DNA from: Kiritimatiellia bacterium
Lineage (GTDB): Bacteria; Verrucomicrobiota; Kiritimatiellia; RFP12; UBA1067
Length of the DNA stretch: 64,000 nucleotides
Assembly: GCA_050949565.1 (NCBI GenBank)
Contig: JBMNFY010000017.1
Span: 1,152,001 to 1,216,000 of the forward strand
Direction: 5' to 3'
In this document: positions 26,024-36,571 of the stretch, in pieces
How the letters are laid out: each line of letters starts with the position of its first letter
Numbering within the stretch: position 1 is the first letter of the stretch
Translations under genes and position numbers: made by a program
The notes under the pieces: model-generated
Databases searched by the model: none
What the model saw: only the letters and a program-made list of their open reading frames with translations
What the model was told of the DNA's origin: nothing

Positions 26024-27367
26024 TTAGCGCGGCTTAAGCCGCGCAAGGTTGGCGAGCGTGGCTTCGATCAGACGGTCTGCCGTATCTTCGCGGGGCGCGC
26101 CGCCCACGACCGGCAGGGTCTCGTACCCGCCGCGCACGAAGCATGCGGACAGCGGCACATACCCGCATGCCCCCATCGCCAACGCCACAGGCCAGGTGGT
26201 CCTGAATGGCGAACGTCGTTTGATGGCCAGCCCCACTTCTGTAAAGGGTTCGCCCGGCAGCGAAGTGACCGCGAAACGGTCGCCGAACGCCAGGGTCACT
26301 AGTTGGAAGAGACGCCGTCGCCCTGAGCAGTGTGCGCGATAGGCCAGCGTCTGCTCAGCAAAGAAGCGCGCAACCGCCCCCTCGCCCGAAGCGAGTCCTT
26401 CGCTCGTCAAGTCGCCGCCGCCCGCACCGGCGGAACGTACACGCGCCAACACCGCGCGTGCCGCATCGCAGCTCGCGTCCGACAGCGCGCGATACGGGAT
26501 CGTAATCGTGCGCGACGCACGGCGGAATGCGCCAGACGGCAACGGCTTGAGCCGTCCCAGCAGCGATACCACGCGCTCGGCGTAGCCGCGCCCCAACTCG
26601 CAGACTTTTTCGTACGCGTATCCTTGCGGCGTGTCGGCGTTGACATCGATGTGGTTCACGTTGCCCGCACAGCCGATCAGCGTCATCACCAGCGGATCGT
26701 AGCCCAGTGCGTTCTGCACCGCGCGCTCCATGCGTCCCGGCCAGTCCGCCGAAACCAGACTGGCGCCCACCGTGTCGGTGTGGTTGACGATGTTGGCCAG
26801 CAACGCCGTCACCCGTCCCTCCTGCTCGACCGCCAGCACGCCGATCTCGCGATCCACCGGCCCTTCCGGTTTGACGATGTTAGGATTTTTGACGCCGGGA
26901 TTGGTGGTCACGCCGCCGCCCTTCATCCAGTAGCGCCGGTTGAAGGCGAACGGGTTGTCACGCACGCTGCCCAGACGCAGGACAGCGGGCGCAAGGTTCT
27001 GTTCGGCGGTCAGAACCATCTCGACCGTCTTGTCGGCAACCTGCTGCAAGTAGGCGGAATCAGGCGACGTGCCGAAGAGCGTTGTCATGTACGGCGCGGT
27101 GTGCGTGTGCGTGGCGCTGAAGATCAGACCGCGTCCATGCCGAAAGCCAGCGGACGCGAGACGCGCCTGCAGCTCAGCGACGAACTCGCCGCTGAGCATG
27201 CAGACATCGAAGGAGACAAATCCACCTACGGTGCGCCCCTCGCGAAAGAGCACGCAGCGCACATGGAGGTCATCCAGCACGCCGGTGTTGGGCCGCGGAT
27301 TGAAGTACCCCGCCAGCGGCAAGCCGCGCGGCGGCGTGATGATCGTTTTAGCAAACCCGACGTCCAT
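26024..27367 (-). CDS. neutral/alkaline ceramidase-like N-terminal domain hydrolase
   Basis: ITPP.G.PLAGY..R...GVLDDL, SATHTHTAP, NRR, VSADWPG, PGEPF. Confidence 0.75.
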   Translation of the reverse strand: MDVGFAKTIITPPRGLPLAGYFNPRPNTGVLDDLHVRCVLFREGRTVGGFVSFDVCMLSGEFVAELQARLASAGFRHGRGLIFSATHTHTAPYMTTLFGTSPDSAYLQQVADKTVEMVLTAEQNLAPAVLRLGSVRDNPFAFNRRYWMKGGGVTTNPGVKNPNIVKPEGPVDREIGVLAVEQEGRVTALLANIVNHTDTVGASLVSADWPGRMERAVQNALGYDPLVMTLIGCAGNVNHIDVNADTPQGYAYEKVCELGRGYAERVVSLLGRLKPLPSGAFRRASRTITIPYRALSDASCDAARAVLARVRSAGAGGGDLTSEGLASGEGAVARFFAEQTLAYRAHCSGRRRLFQLVTLAFGDRFAVTSLPGEPFTEVGLAIKRRSPFRTTWPVALAMGACGYVPLSACFVRGGYETLPVVGGAPREDTADRLIEATLANLARLKPR

Positions 27368-27373
27368 TGATCC

Positions 27374-28444
27374 TTAATCCTTCACCGCGACCGTACGCCC
27401 GCCCCGGCGTGCCGAGCTATGCGCGGCCTCGCAGAGTTTCACATTGCGATAACCGTCGTAACCGGTCAGCGGCTGGCCGCTCAGCACGGAGTCGGCATGC
27501 TCGCGGATCACTCCCTGATAGATGTTCTCAGGACGCTTGATCGTCACACGCTGCTGGCGATCGAAGGTGTCCAGTTCCAACCGCATCTTGAACGGTTCGC
27601 CCGCGTGACCGGAGAGTTGGAAGAGTGTGCCGTATCCGCGCACCACGGCCTTGTCGCCATACACTTCGTAGCCGAGATTCGAGAGCGTCCCGCCGAGACC
27701 ACCGCGCAGATCGCAGAATGAAACGAGCGCCGAGCAGGTGATGCCGTTCGCGAGGTCGCACTGAATCAGCGCGCCATCTTCAACCGCGATGGCCATACGC
27801 TTGGGATAGTAGACGGCGCGCACGGCGATGATGCGGCTGTCCAGCAGATACTCGGCCATGTAGAAGCAGTGGCTCGCGACATCACCGATCGGGCCGCCCA
27901 TTTCGGCACGGTCGGAGCAACGCCAACTCGCGGCATCGGCAGGGTCGTAGCCGTAGGCGAACTGCATGTGGAAGCAGGCATCGTTGACCGCGCCCAGTGC
28001 GCCCTCTTCAATCCATTTGCGTGCGTGGCGATTAAGGACGTTGTGAACCATCATGTGGTCGACCGATAGACTGAGCCCCTTTTTCTTGGCCAGCGCAACC
28101 AAGCTGCGGGCGTCGCGCGCTGTGGACGCCAGCGGCTTCTCCACGATCACCGCTTTGCCGGCTTCGAGCGCCTGCCGCGCAATCTCCGCGTGCGTCCGGT
28201 TGTTGGTCGCCACAAATACTGCGTCTATCGTCTGGTCGCGCAACACCGCCTCGGTGTCGCGGTACCACGTCAGGCCCAGCGCCTGCGCGGCGCGCCGCCG
28301 CTTCGTGTTGACATCCGTCGCGCCGATCAAAACCGCCTGCTTCAGCGGCTTGAAACGCGCGGCGTCACAAGCGAACCCCTCTTTCGCGATCCGGTTCTCC
28401 GCGATCCCGCCAAACCCAATCATAGCATATCGAACAGCTTTCAT
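27374..28444 (-). CDS. Gfo/Idh/MocA oxidoreductase
   Basis: IGFGGIA Rossmann, GKAVIVEKP, GGPIGDVASH. Confidence 0.9.
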   Translation of the reverse strand: MKAVRYAMIGFGGIAENRIAKEGFACDAARFKPLKQAVLIGATDVNTKRRRAAQALGLTWYRDTEAVLRDQTIDAVFVATNNRTHAEIARQALEAGKAVIVEKPLASTARDARSLVALAKKKGLSLSVDHMMVHNVLNRHARKWIEEGALGAVNDACFHMQFAYGYDPADAASWRCSDRAEMGGPIGDVASHCFYMAEYLLDSRIIAVRAVYYPKRMAIAVEDGALIQCDLANGITCSALVSFCDLRGGLGGTLSNLGYEVYGDKAVVRGYGTLFQLSGHAGEPFKMRLELDTFDRQQRVTIKRPENIYQGVIREHADSVLSGQPLTGYDGYRNVKLCEAAHSSARRGGRTVAVKD

Positions 28445-28469
28445 CTTTTCCTCCGTATCTGCGTGTTTC

Positions 28470-30131
28470 TCACTTACTCAGCGGATAAATCCCGGCGGCA
28501 TCAAACCATGCACGTTCGTCCGCCGCCTGCCGAACATTTAACATCATGACCAACTCGTCCGCGCCCTGCGGCACCTGCACCAAACCGAAGGCGCGCCGCC
28601 AGCCATCCGTCCCCACCGCATCGAAGCGGAACGATAAGCCGGGCAATGACCAATCCCACGCGCCAGCGCGTTTCCAGTAGACTGTGAGTGTACGCGCCGC
28701 CGCGCCCTGCGCGTACGCCTCCACAATAAACTCGCTACCGGGCGTGGCTGGAATCGAGGTGCCGAAACAACCTTGTTCGACACCGATGGCGCACAGCGAC
28801 CATGTGTCGCCCCGGCCTTTCTGCGTGTCGGTGCCGAAAACACCGGCGCGTTTTTTCTCCTCCTGCCAACTCCACCACCCGGTCGGCAGCACGCCCTTGC
28901 GGAAGGCCTCTCCGGCACCGGCTTTGTCCAACGTGCAGGCGCTGTTCTTGACGCCGTTGATCAACGTCCCGGCCCGACGCCGCCGCGCGACCCACTGATC
29001 CGCCCAGCGGTACGGATCGCGAATGCGCGCCAGCGTTTCGAGAAAGCCGGGCAATTTCATTTCCCAAGTGGGGTTCTTCTCTCGCGACGTTCCCTTCCAA
29101 GTGATCCAGTCCATCTTTTCGCCGTAGATCCAGATGTACTCCTGCGCCGCATCCAGTGCTTGGGAAACATTGAGACGCATGTGGTTGAGGCGCGAGCCGT
29201 CCACCTCGCCGAAATACCAAGGCGAGTTGGTCGGATTCGTGTACATGTCAAGGTAGAGCCCGAAACCGGCCAACACCTGCGTCTGGTACTTGATGCGGTT
29301 CGTCGGCTCCACCAGCGCCAGCGCCTTGTTCTGCGTGCGCCAAGCGGCGAGATAGAAATCATTGCGCGCCGCCTGATAACGGTAACCGTGCTCGTCGCCG
29401 TCGATCATGCGGGCACCGGGCGGCAACTCATCCAGCATGCCGTTGAGAAAGGCGGGCCACAGGTCGCCGACTGTGGCAACAGCCGCGCGCGGATTGCTGT
29501 CTGTGAAGTAGCTCGGGTGCAGGCTCAGCATCCAGAATGACAGCAAGGTGACATCGGGATATTCAGCCGCAATGCTCCGCATGATCTGCGCCCCGCGCCG
29601 ACGTGCCAGCGCGGCGGTCTCCGCAAAGGGCGCGTCGCTGGACGCCAGAAAATACTGGCGCGTTTCGGGATAGTCTTCCGGGTCAATCAGGATGCCTTTC
29701 GACCCGCTCTCTTTAGCCAGCCACGCCACGACCCCGATACTGCGGGCGAAACGCTCCCACGCCTCATCATCACTCCACGCCAACCGCTTGCGCGGTGCCC
29801 AGAACGTGGTGATGAAGTTGTGCTTCAGATTACGCGACGAGCATTGACGCAACGACGCGAGTTCTTCCGTGAACCACTCCCGCTGCCACGGCGGATCGGT
29901 CATGATCGTGCCGAAGCTGATCGACGTGCCGTCCGGCAGTTTTTTTCGCAGCGCCAGCGAGATACCGTCAAGCGGCACCTGCTCCCAGGCGTCAAGATTC
30001 CGCGCCACATCGGCCGGGCTCACGCCCAGTAGATCCCAGCTATGCCCGATCATTTTCTTTTCGACGCCGCACACGCTCAACGCCGCAGCACAGAATACCA
30101 ACGCGCACCATCTATACCTCATTGCCATCAT
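28470..30131 (-). CDS. secreted hypothetical protein (putative TIM barrel plus CBM-like domain)
   Basis: RBS AAGGAGGA, signal peptide, GILIDPEDY; C-terminal beta-rich domain. Confidence 0.6.
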   Translation of the reverse strand: MMAMRYRWCALVFCAAALSVCGVEKKMIGHSWDLLGVSPADVARNLDAWEQVPLDGISLALRKKLPDGTSISFGTIMTDPPWQREWFTEELASLRQCSSRNLKHNFITTFWAPRKRLAWSDDEAWERFARSIGVVAWLAKESGSKGILIDPEDYPETRQYFLASSDAPFAETAALARRRGAQIMRSIAAEYPDVTLLSFWMLSLHPSYFTDSNPRAAVATVGDLWPAFLNGMLDELPPGARMIDGDEHGYRYQAARNDFYLAAWRTQNKALALVEPTNRIKYQTQVLAGFGLYLDMYTNPTNSPWYFGEVDGSRLNHMRLNVSQALDAAQEYIWIYGEKMDWITWKGTSREKNPTWEMKLPGFLETLARIRDPYRWADQWVARRRRAGTLINGVKNSACTLDKAGAGEAFRKGVLPTGWWSWQEEKKRAGVFGTDTQKGRGDTWSLCAIGVEQGCFGTSIPATPGSEFIVEAYAQGAAARTLTVYWKRAGAWDWSLPGLSFRFDAVGTDGWRRAFGLVQVPQGADELVMMLNVRQAADERAWFDAAGIYPLSK

Positions 30132-30150
30132 TCCTCCTTGTATTGTTACA

Positions 30151-32112
30151 TCACGCGCGCACCGCCGCACGGATACGGAGTAGCAAGCCTCCGCCGGCAA
30201 CGGCGGCGACCGCCAGCAGCACCGCGCCCCGCGCGAACTGGCCGTAAAGCAGATAGCCGGTACCAAAGAGCGACGCCCACACCAGCAGGCAGCCCAACAT
30301 CATGCAGAGTATGCCGTTGGGCACGTTCCAGCCTTCCGGCTCTGCCCCCTCCGGCACCGTCTCGAAGCGCCGCCAGCCCGGCCCTCCCGGACGGATCTTG
30401 CGGCAGAATTCCACCAGTGTGCGCTCCTCCACCGGCGGGGTCAGATAGGTCACGGTGACCCACGCTATCGTTGTGATGATAATGCCCAAGACCATTTTCC
30501 ACGAGGTGAAATCCATGATCTTCAGCCAACCGGCGTTCGACAGCGCCGCCTCGATCCCCAATGGTTCGGCGCAGAACTGGAAGAAGACCGCCACGATGAA
30601 CGACACCACCATCGCGGTGACCTCACTCCATACGTTGATGCGCCACCAGAACCAGCGCAGAATATAGAGCAGGCCGGTACCCGCGCCTACCTGCAGTAGC
30701 ACGTGAAAGATGGTCTTGACCGTCGTCATGTGAAAGGCAATCACCGCAGAGGCCAGCAGCATCACCAGCATGGTCACCCGCCCGACCAGCACTGCGTGGC
30801 GCGCCGAAGCCTGCGGGCGAAGGAAACGCAGATAGACGTCCTGCACCACATACGAGGAGCCCCAGTTGAGCAACGTTGCCACCGTCGACATGTAGGCCGC
30901 GATCAGTGACGCAACGATCAATCCCTGCCAGCCGCGCGGCATGCGCGCAACCATGCCGGGATAGGCGATGTCGTGGCCGAGATAGGTGTCATCCACGCGC
31001 GGGAAGGCGCGTGCCAACGACCCCACACCGCGCGCGTCCGCCCGGTGCAAGCGCACGTCCTCACGCAACTCAGGCGGCATCGCGGCTTTGTCGGTATCGT
31101 ACTGGCGCACCTCGGCCGCGTGATCTGTCAGCCAGGCCTGGGCCGCATCCTGCTCCGCTTGCGGCGTCAGCGGAAAGACCACCAGCGAGGCCAGCGCCAC
31201 CAGAATCCACGGCCACGGGCGCACCGCGTAATGCAGCACATTGAAAAGCAACGTGCCGCCAATCGCGTGGTTTTCATTACGGGCGGAAAGCATACGTTGC
31301 ACCACAAAACCGCCACCGCCCGGCTCCGCCCCCGGATACCAGACGTTCCACCACTGCACCGCGAGCGGCAGGATCAGCACCGTCATCAACGTCGAAAAAT
31401 CGTGCGTGGACGGCTGCAACATCGACAGCTTGGGCGCCACGGCGGAATGTGCGAACAACTGTGCCAGCGTGGTGCCGCCCTCGGCCATGCCGGAATTCAC
31501 CGCATAGACCGCTGCAAAGATAGCGCCGGTCATCGCAACGGCGAACTGGTAGAAATCGGCCCACATGGAACCGGTCAGACCGCCGAGCGTAGCGTAGATC
31601 GCAACGCCCGTCATCGAAAAGAATAGCGACATCCCCGGCGAGAGACCGAACATGATCTGGCCGATCTTGATCGCCGCCAGCGACACGCCGCCCAGAATGA
31701 TCAGGTTGTACACCACCCCGAGATAGATCGCGCGGAAACCACGCAAAAACGCGGCGGGACGTCCGCTGTAACGGAGTTCGTAGAAACCAAGATCGGTGTC
31801 CAGCCCCGAGCGCCGCCAAAGTCCGGCATAAACAAACACCGTCAGCATGCCCGTCAGCAGGAAGGCCCACCACACCCAATTGCCCGCGACGCCGTTGAGA
31901 CGCACAATCTCGGTGATCAAATTCGGCGTGTCGCACGAGAAGGTACAGGCAACCATCGAGACGCCCAGCAGCCACCACGGCATGTTGCGCCCCGAAAGGA
32001 AAAACGACTCGGTGTCCTGCCCGGCACGCCGAGCGGACCAGGAGCCGACCAGCACCACCGACGCCAAGAAACCCAAGATGATCCATGCGTCCAGCCAAGA
32101 AAGCGTCAACAT
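30151..32112 (-). CDS. sodium:solute symporter family protein
   Basis: FFLSGRNMPWWLLGVSMVA, QRMLSA, AAYMST; many TM helices. Confidence 0.92.
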   Translation of the reverse strand: MLTLSWLDAWIILGFLASVVLVGSWSARRAGQDTESFFLSGRNMPWWLLGVSMVACTFSCDTPNLITEIVRLNGVAGNWVWWAFLLTGMLTVFVYAGLWRRSGLDTDLGFYELRYSGRPAAFLRGFRAIYLGVVYNLIILGGVSLAAIKIGQIMFGLSPGMSLFFSMTGVAIYATLGGLTGSMWADFYQFAVAMTGAIFAAVYAVNSGMAEGGTTLAQLFAHSAVAPKLSMLQPSTHDFSTLMTVLILPLAVQWWNVWYPGAEPGGGGFVVQRMLSARNENHAIGGTLLFNVLHYAVRPWPWILVALASLVVFPLTPQAEQDAAQAWLTDHAAEVRQYDTDKAAMPPELREDVRLHRADARGVGSLARAFPRVDDTYLGHDIAYPGMVARMPRGWQGLIVASLIAAYMSTVATLLNWGSSYVVQDVYLRFLRPQASARHAVLVGRVTMLVMLLASAVIAFHMTTVKTIFHVLLQVGAGTGLLYILRWFWWRINVWSEVTAMVVSFIVAVFFQFCAEPLGIEAALSNAGWLKIMDFTSWKMVLGIIITTIAWVTVTYLTPPVEERTLVEFCRKIRPGGPGWRRFETVPEGAEPEGWNVPNGILCMMLGCLLVWASLFGTGYLLYGQFARGAVLLAVAAVAGGGLLLRIRAAVRA

Positions 32113-32199
32113 ACGAACGTCCCTTCGTGAGTGGGTCGATGTCCAGCAGGGAACTTCCGCTCAGAGGCCGGGCGTTCCCTGCTGGACGACTCGCCTTGC

Positions 32200-33549
32200 T
32201 TATTTCTTCATGTACGCCGCCGCCACCTTCTTGAAGGCGTCGATGCACGCCTGCATGTGCGCCTCGGTGTAGACGGGATGGGTGAAGAAGCACATCGTGC
32301 GGTCGGTCAGCCAATGCGCGGTCGGACAGTCCATCTGCGTGTAATCAATGTTACGCGCCTTGGGATCGAAGAACGGATACTTCGCCACGCCGAAGCCGTT
32401 ACGCTCGATGTAGGCGCGCTCCTTGTACATCTCCGGCCAGAGCACGCTGTAGACCGGCACGCCCTCGGCCGCGATCGCCGCGATGAACTCCTTCATCGTG
32501 CAGGTCAGCTTGGAGGTGTCCAGCACGAACGGCGCCCACCAGTAGGAGTTCTGCCGGTCCTTGGTGTCCAGCGGCGTATGCAGCACCAGCGGATGCTTCT
32601 CCAGCGCCTTCTTCACCATCTTGCCGTTGCGGATGCGGTTCTTGAGATTCCAAGAGTCGAAGCGCTTCAACTCGCACAGGCCGATCTGGGACTGAATCTC
32701 GGTCATGCGGTAATTAAAGCCGACCCGCTTGTGGATGTACATCAGCTTGCCTTCCATCTCCAGCAGGTTCAGGCGCTCCTTCACGTCATAACCGTGGTCG
32801 CGGAACGAGCGGCACTCCCACGCGAGATCGTCGTCGTTCGTGACGACCATGCCGCCTTCACCGCCGGTGGTAAAGTGCTTGCTCTGGCAGAAGCTGAAGC
32901 AACCCACGTGACCGATCGTGCCGGCCTTGCGCCCTTTGTAGAGGCCGCCGAAACACTGCGCGCAATCTTCGATCACCTTGAGGTTGTACTTCTTGGCGAT
33001 CTTCATGATCGGGTCCATGTCCACGACCACGCCGTACAGGTGCACCACCACGATGCCGCGCGTACGCTCCGTGATCTTTTCCTCGATCTGCTTGGGATCG
33101 ATCTGGTGGTCGTACCCCACGTCGGTGAAGACCGGCAACGCGCCCGCCTGCAGAACGCAGAATGAGGAAGCGATGAACGAGTAGGACGGACAGATCACCT
33201 CGTCACCAGGGCCAATTCCCAATGACGCGATCGCGGTGTGCAGCGCCGCCGTGCCGTTCGTCACGCTGATGGCATTGCGCACGCCCAACCATTTGGCGAA
33301 CGCGGTCTCAAACTGCATGCCGACCGGTCCCGTCCAATAGTTCACCTTGCCGCTCACCAACGGCTCCAGCGCCGTCTTCAGGGACTCTTCCGAAAAAGAG
33401 GGCCACATGGGGAACCCCTTGTCCCATACTTTGGGACCACCGTTCACCGCCAGAGCGACTGACTGCACCGCGCTTTTTTTCACGGGCTTTTTCACGGCCT
33501 TCTTCACGGTCTTTTTACTCGTACTCTTTTTGCCTGTAGCTTTTTTCAT
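32200..33549 (-). CDS. DegT/DnrJ/EryC1/StrS PLP aminotransferase with Lys-rich N-terminal tail
   Basis: NGTAALH, GPGDEVI, IEDCAQ, FSFCQSKH.TTGGEGG, GFNYRM. Confidence 0.92.
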   Translation of the reverse strand: MKKATGKKSTSKKTVKKAVKKPVKKSAVQSVALAVNGGPKVWDKGFPMWPSFSEESLKTALEPLVSGKVNYWTGPVGMQFETAFAKWLGVRNAISVTNGTAALHTAIASLGIGPGDEVICPSYSFIASSFCVLQAGALPVFTDVGYDHQIDPKQIEEKITERTRGIVVVHLYGVVVDMDPIMKIAKKYNLKVIEDCAQCFGGLYKGRKAGTIGHVGCFSFCQSKHFTTGGEGGMVVTNDDDLAWECRSFRDHGYDVKERLNLLEMEGKLMYIHKRVGFNYRMTEIQSQIGLCELKRFDSWNLKNRIRNGKMVKKALEKHPLVLHTPLDTKDRQNSYWWAPFVLDTSKLTCTMKEFIAAIAAEGVPVYSVLWPEMYKERAYIERNGFGVAKYPFFDPKARNIDYTQMDCPTAHWLTDRTMCFFTHPVYTEAHMQACIDAFKKVAAAYMKK

Positions 33550-33614
33550 TCGTGTTTCTCCTTTGTGTGTGAACACGGGCGGTTCCGCACCACCCTATCA
33601 GTCTTTATCCATCC

Positions 33615-33715
33615 GAGGGTCTCGTAAAACCCCTTGTCTGCAAGTGTGGCACGGGCATCTTGCCCGTGTTTCATGGGCGGGACGCCCATGCCACGAGGGG
33701 TTTTGCAAGAGCCTC
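33615..33715. mobile_element. 101-bp MITE-like element with ~19-bp TIRs enclosing a REP doublet
   Basis: GAGGGTCTCGTAAAACCCC...GGGGTTTTGCAAGAGCCTC; flanked by CATCC direct repeat; near-identical copy at 44479. Confidence 0.75.
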
Positions 33716-33721
33716 CATCCA

Positions 33722-35074
33722 TCAAACCTCGACGATGCCCAGCGGCTGCGCCGTGCGCCAGGCCCCGCGCGTGAAATCCGGCACCTCGACAGCACTGCCG
33801 CCCCCGAGCACCGATCGCTCGGTCAGCTCCACCAGCGAACTCCATGCCGCGCCATCGTAGACATCCTGATCCAGCGGCAGGCCATTGAGCAGACAGTGAC
33901 AGAGGCGATACTCCATGATGTAGTCCATGCCGCCGTGTCCGCCGTTCTTCTTGGCGATCTCGCCGATCTTACGCCACAGCGGATGGGTATACTTCGCCTT
34001 CAACTCGGCGAGCGCCTTATCGTCGAGCCACGTGTGCCAGTTGGGCGAGAGCGCGACGCGCAGCGGATACGAGCGCAACGTGCCCTTGGTACCGGAAATC
34101 AAATTGATGCGGTCATACGGTCGCGGACTGTAGCGTCCGTACTGCACCATGATCGTACGTCCTTTAACGGTCCGGATGACCGTCGTGCTCATGTCGCCTG
34201 TCTTGTACGGATAACTCGCACGCGGATCGGATGCGCCGTATTTCTCGCGGACGAATGATGACAAGCCGAACTCACCGGAGCTGAGCGACACCAGACGCTC
34301 AAAGCGGTCGCCGCGATTGATGCCCATGTACTGCGCGATCGGACCGAGCCCGTGCGTCGGATACGAGTTGCCGGTGTGGTGCTTGAAAAACTCAAAGGCG
34401 TAATCTTTGTAGTAGGTACCGTCGGTCAAGCCAGCGCGCAGTTCGTGGATGTAGCCGCAGTCGCCATGCACCAACTCGCCCAGCAATCCATTGCGCGCCA
34501 ACATGAGCGCAAACAGCTCATCCTCGCCGTAGCAGCAGTTCTCCAGCATCATGCAGTGCAGACGCGTCTTTTCCGCCATCTCCACCAGGCTCCAGCAGCC
34601 CTCCACCGTCATGGCGATCGGCACCTCAACACACACATGCTTGCTGCACTGCATGGCGTACAGCGCCATCGGTACATGGAACTGCCAAGGCGTGCAGACG
34701 TAGACCAAGTTCACGTCCGGCCGTTCACAGAGCTTCTTGTAAACCTCCTCCGACCCAAAGTACGTCTGCGGTTTGGCGTGACCGGCGGCGACCACATCCC
34801 GCGCGCTTTTCTCGGCGCGGTCCTCGAACACATCGCAAATCGCCACCACCCGCGTTTTAGGAATGCGGCTGAGCCGATTGACCGCGCCCGGTCCGCGCTT
34901 GCCGACGCCGATGATGCCGACGCGCACCTCATCCAGCTTCGGAGCCGTCAACCCCATCACCGACTCGCCGGTTCGCGGTGCCCGCCCCAAGGTCCGGCAT
35001 CCCGCCGCCTGCATCGAGGCCGCAAGACCCGCCGCTGCCGAAGCCACTTTCAAGAACTCACGCCGCTTTGTCAT
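33722..35074 (-). CDS. GH109-like NAD-dependent glycosidase / Gfo/Idh/MocA family, Tat signal
   Basis: KRREFLK; VCTPWQFH, HVCVEVP, MMLENCCY, YPTHGLGP, GGHGGMD. Confidence 0.88.
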   Translation of the reverse strand: MTKRREFLKVASAAAGLAASMQAAGCRTLGRAPRTGESVMGLTAPKLDEVRVGIIGVGKRGPGAVNRLSRIPKTRVVAICDVFEDRAEKSARDVVAAGHAKPQTYFGSEEVYKKLCERPDVNLVYVCTPWQFHVPMALYAMQCSKHVCVEVPIAMTVEGCWSLVEMAEKTRLHCMMLENCCYGEDELFALMLARNGLLGELVHGDCGYIHELRAGLTDGTYYKDYAFEFFKHHTGNSYPTHGLGPIAQYMGINRGDRFERLVSLSSGEFGLSSFVREKYGASDPRASYPYKTGDMSTTVIRTVKGRTIMVQYGRYSPRPYDRINLISGTKGTLRSYPLRVALSPNWHTWLDDKALAELKAKYTHPLWRKIGEIAKKNGGHGGMDYIMEYRLCHCLLNGLPLDQDVYDGAAWSSLVELTERSVLGGGSAVEVPDFTRGAWRTAQPLGIVEV

Positions 35075-35304
35075 GACCGCCGCCCCTCCCTCCACTTCGC
35101 TGATCCATGTGAACACCATTCAGACCATGGTTAAAGTATCGCACAACCACATCAACCCGGCAAGCGCCATATCCGGCGTTCTTGACCCTTAATCCGGCGT
35201 TGTGTGGTTTTTTGTCGTTGCCGTACGCAGCAAGATGCCGTATGGTGGTTCAGGTTTCATTGCAGCGGTTTTTAGACACGATTGACATGATTGACGTGAT
35301 TGAC

Positions 35305-36168
35305 ATGAAACTGATTGCTGAAAAATCGTCGCTCCTTTCGGCCTCCGACCTTGTCGCATGCAACCTCGTTCGCGGCATGGATTTCGGGGATGTCTGGCAC
35401 TGTCACCCCGCCTGCGAGATCACGCTGGTCCGGCGCGGCGGTTCGGAGCGATGGGTCGGCGACACCCTGGAGCCGCTCGCCCCCGGCGATCTGGTTTTTC
35501 TGGGGCCGGAGCTTCCGCACGACTACCGCAACACCCCACTGCCGAACCAGCGTCCGAAACCCGTCGAGGCCATCGTCACACACTTCATGCCGCACCTGCT
35601 GGGCGAGGAGTGGCGCACGCTGGCGGTCATGGAGCCGCTGCGGCGATTGTTCGAACGCGCCCGTCGCGGTCTGCGTATCGGCGGGCGTACCCGCGACCAC
35701 GCGGAGGCGATTCTGCTGAAGATGGTTCGTGCGCAAGGCTTGCGCCGCCTGATCCTGCTGCTCGAACTGTTGGATCTGCTGTCGCGCTCAAAGCAACTGA
35801 CCGCCATCTCCTCCGAAGGTTTTCTGCTCAAGCCCCGAACTTCTTCTTCAGACCGCATCGGCGCCGTGTGCGTCTATATTGAACAGAACTTAACCTCCAC
35901 GATCCGCGTGACCGACCTCGCCCGGATGGTGGGCCTCAGTGAGAGCGCTTTCAGCCGGTTGTTCAAGCGTTGCACCAACAGCACAGTGCCGCAATACATC
36001 AACCGTCTGCGCATCGCGCACGCCTGCCGGTTACTCGCCGAAACCGACCTGACCATCGCCGAGATCATCCGCCAATGCGGCTACCAATCCCCCGCCCACT
36101 TCCAGCGGCAATTCCAAAAGATCCACCGCCGCCCCCCGCAAACCTATCGCCGCGCATTGAGAGAGTGA
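35305..36168 (+). CDS. AraC-family transcriptional regulator
   Basis: Cupin WHCHP.CEI, C-terminal SESAFSRLFK...CGY.S..HFQRQF. Confidence 0.9.
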   Translation: MKLIAEKSSLLSASDLVACNLVRGMDFGDVWHCHPACEITLVRRGGSERWVGDTLEPLAPGDLVFLGPELPHDYRNTPLPNQRPKPVEAIVTHFMPHLLGEEWRTLAVMEPLRRLFERARRGLRIGGRTRDHAEAILLKMVRAQGLRRLILLLELLDLLSRSKQLTAISSEGFLLKPRTSSSDRIGAVCVYIEQNLTSTIRVTDLARMVGLSESAFSRLFKRCTNSTVPQYINRLRIAHACRLLAETDLTIAEIIRQCGYQSPAHFQRQFQKIHRRPPQTYRRALRE

Positions 36169-36184
36169 GCAACGGAGAGGTTCT

Positions 36185-36250
36185 CCCCTCGTGGCATGGG
36201 CGTCCCGCCCATGAAACACGGGCAAGATGCCCGTGCCACACCAGCAAGCA
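36185..36250. repeat. REP-doublet core of the 101-bp element, without TIRs
   Basis: CCCCTCGTGGCATGGGCGTCCCGCCCATGAAACACGGGCAAGATGCCCGTGCCAC. Confidence 0.85.
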
Positions 36251-36571
36251 AGCTTCAAAGCTGTTTGCGTCTCACAAAACGCGATTTGTGAGATTCTAAA
36301 ACACTAATGTCTAACAAGTGAGATTCAAAGCACATCCGCGAACATACCAGAATGAAAACAAAGTTTATCATAACTGGCTTATTAACAAGAAGTTGCACGT
36401 TTTAGAAAGATTGCTTTCATGAGAGGGCTGAAAACACCTGCAAGGCCAGACATTCCGGTTCATCCTTTTTGTTAGTTGGTTACGATTTGTAACCGACTGG
36501 TTTTTCTGCACCTTTTTTTTTAGCGTATACGGATATCATACGGGGTTTGCTTGAAGGTCACCTGTTCCTCT

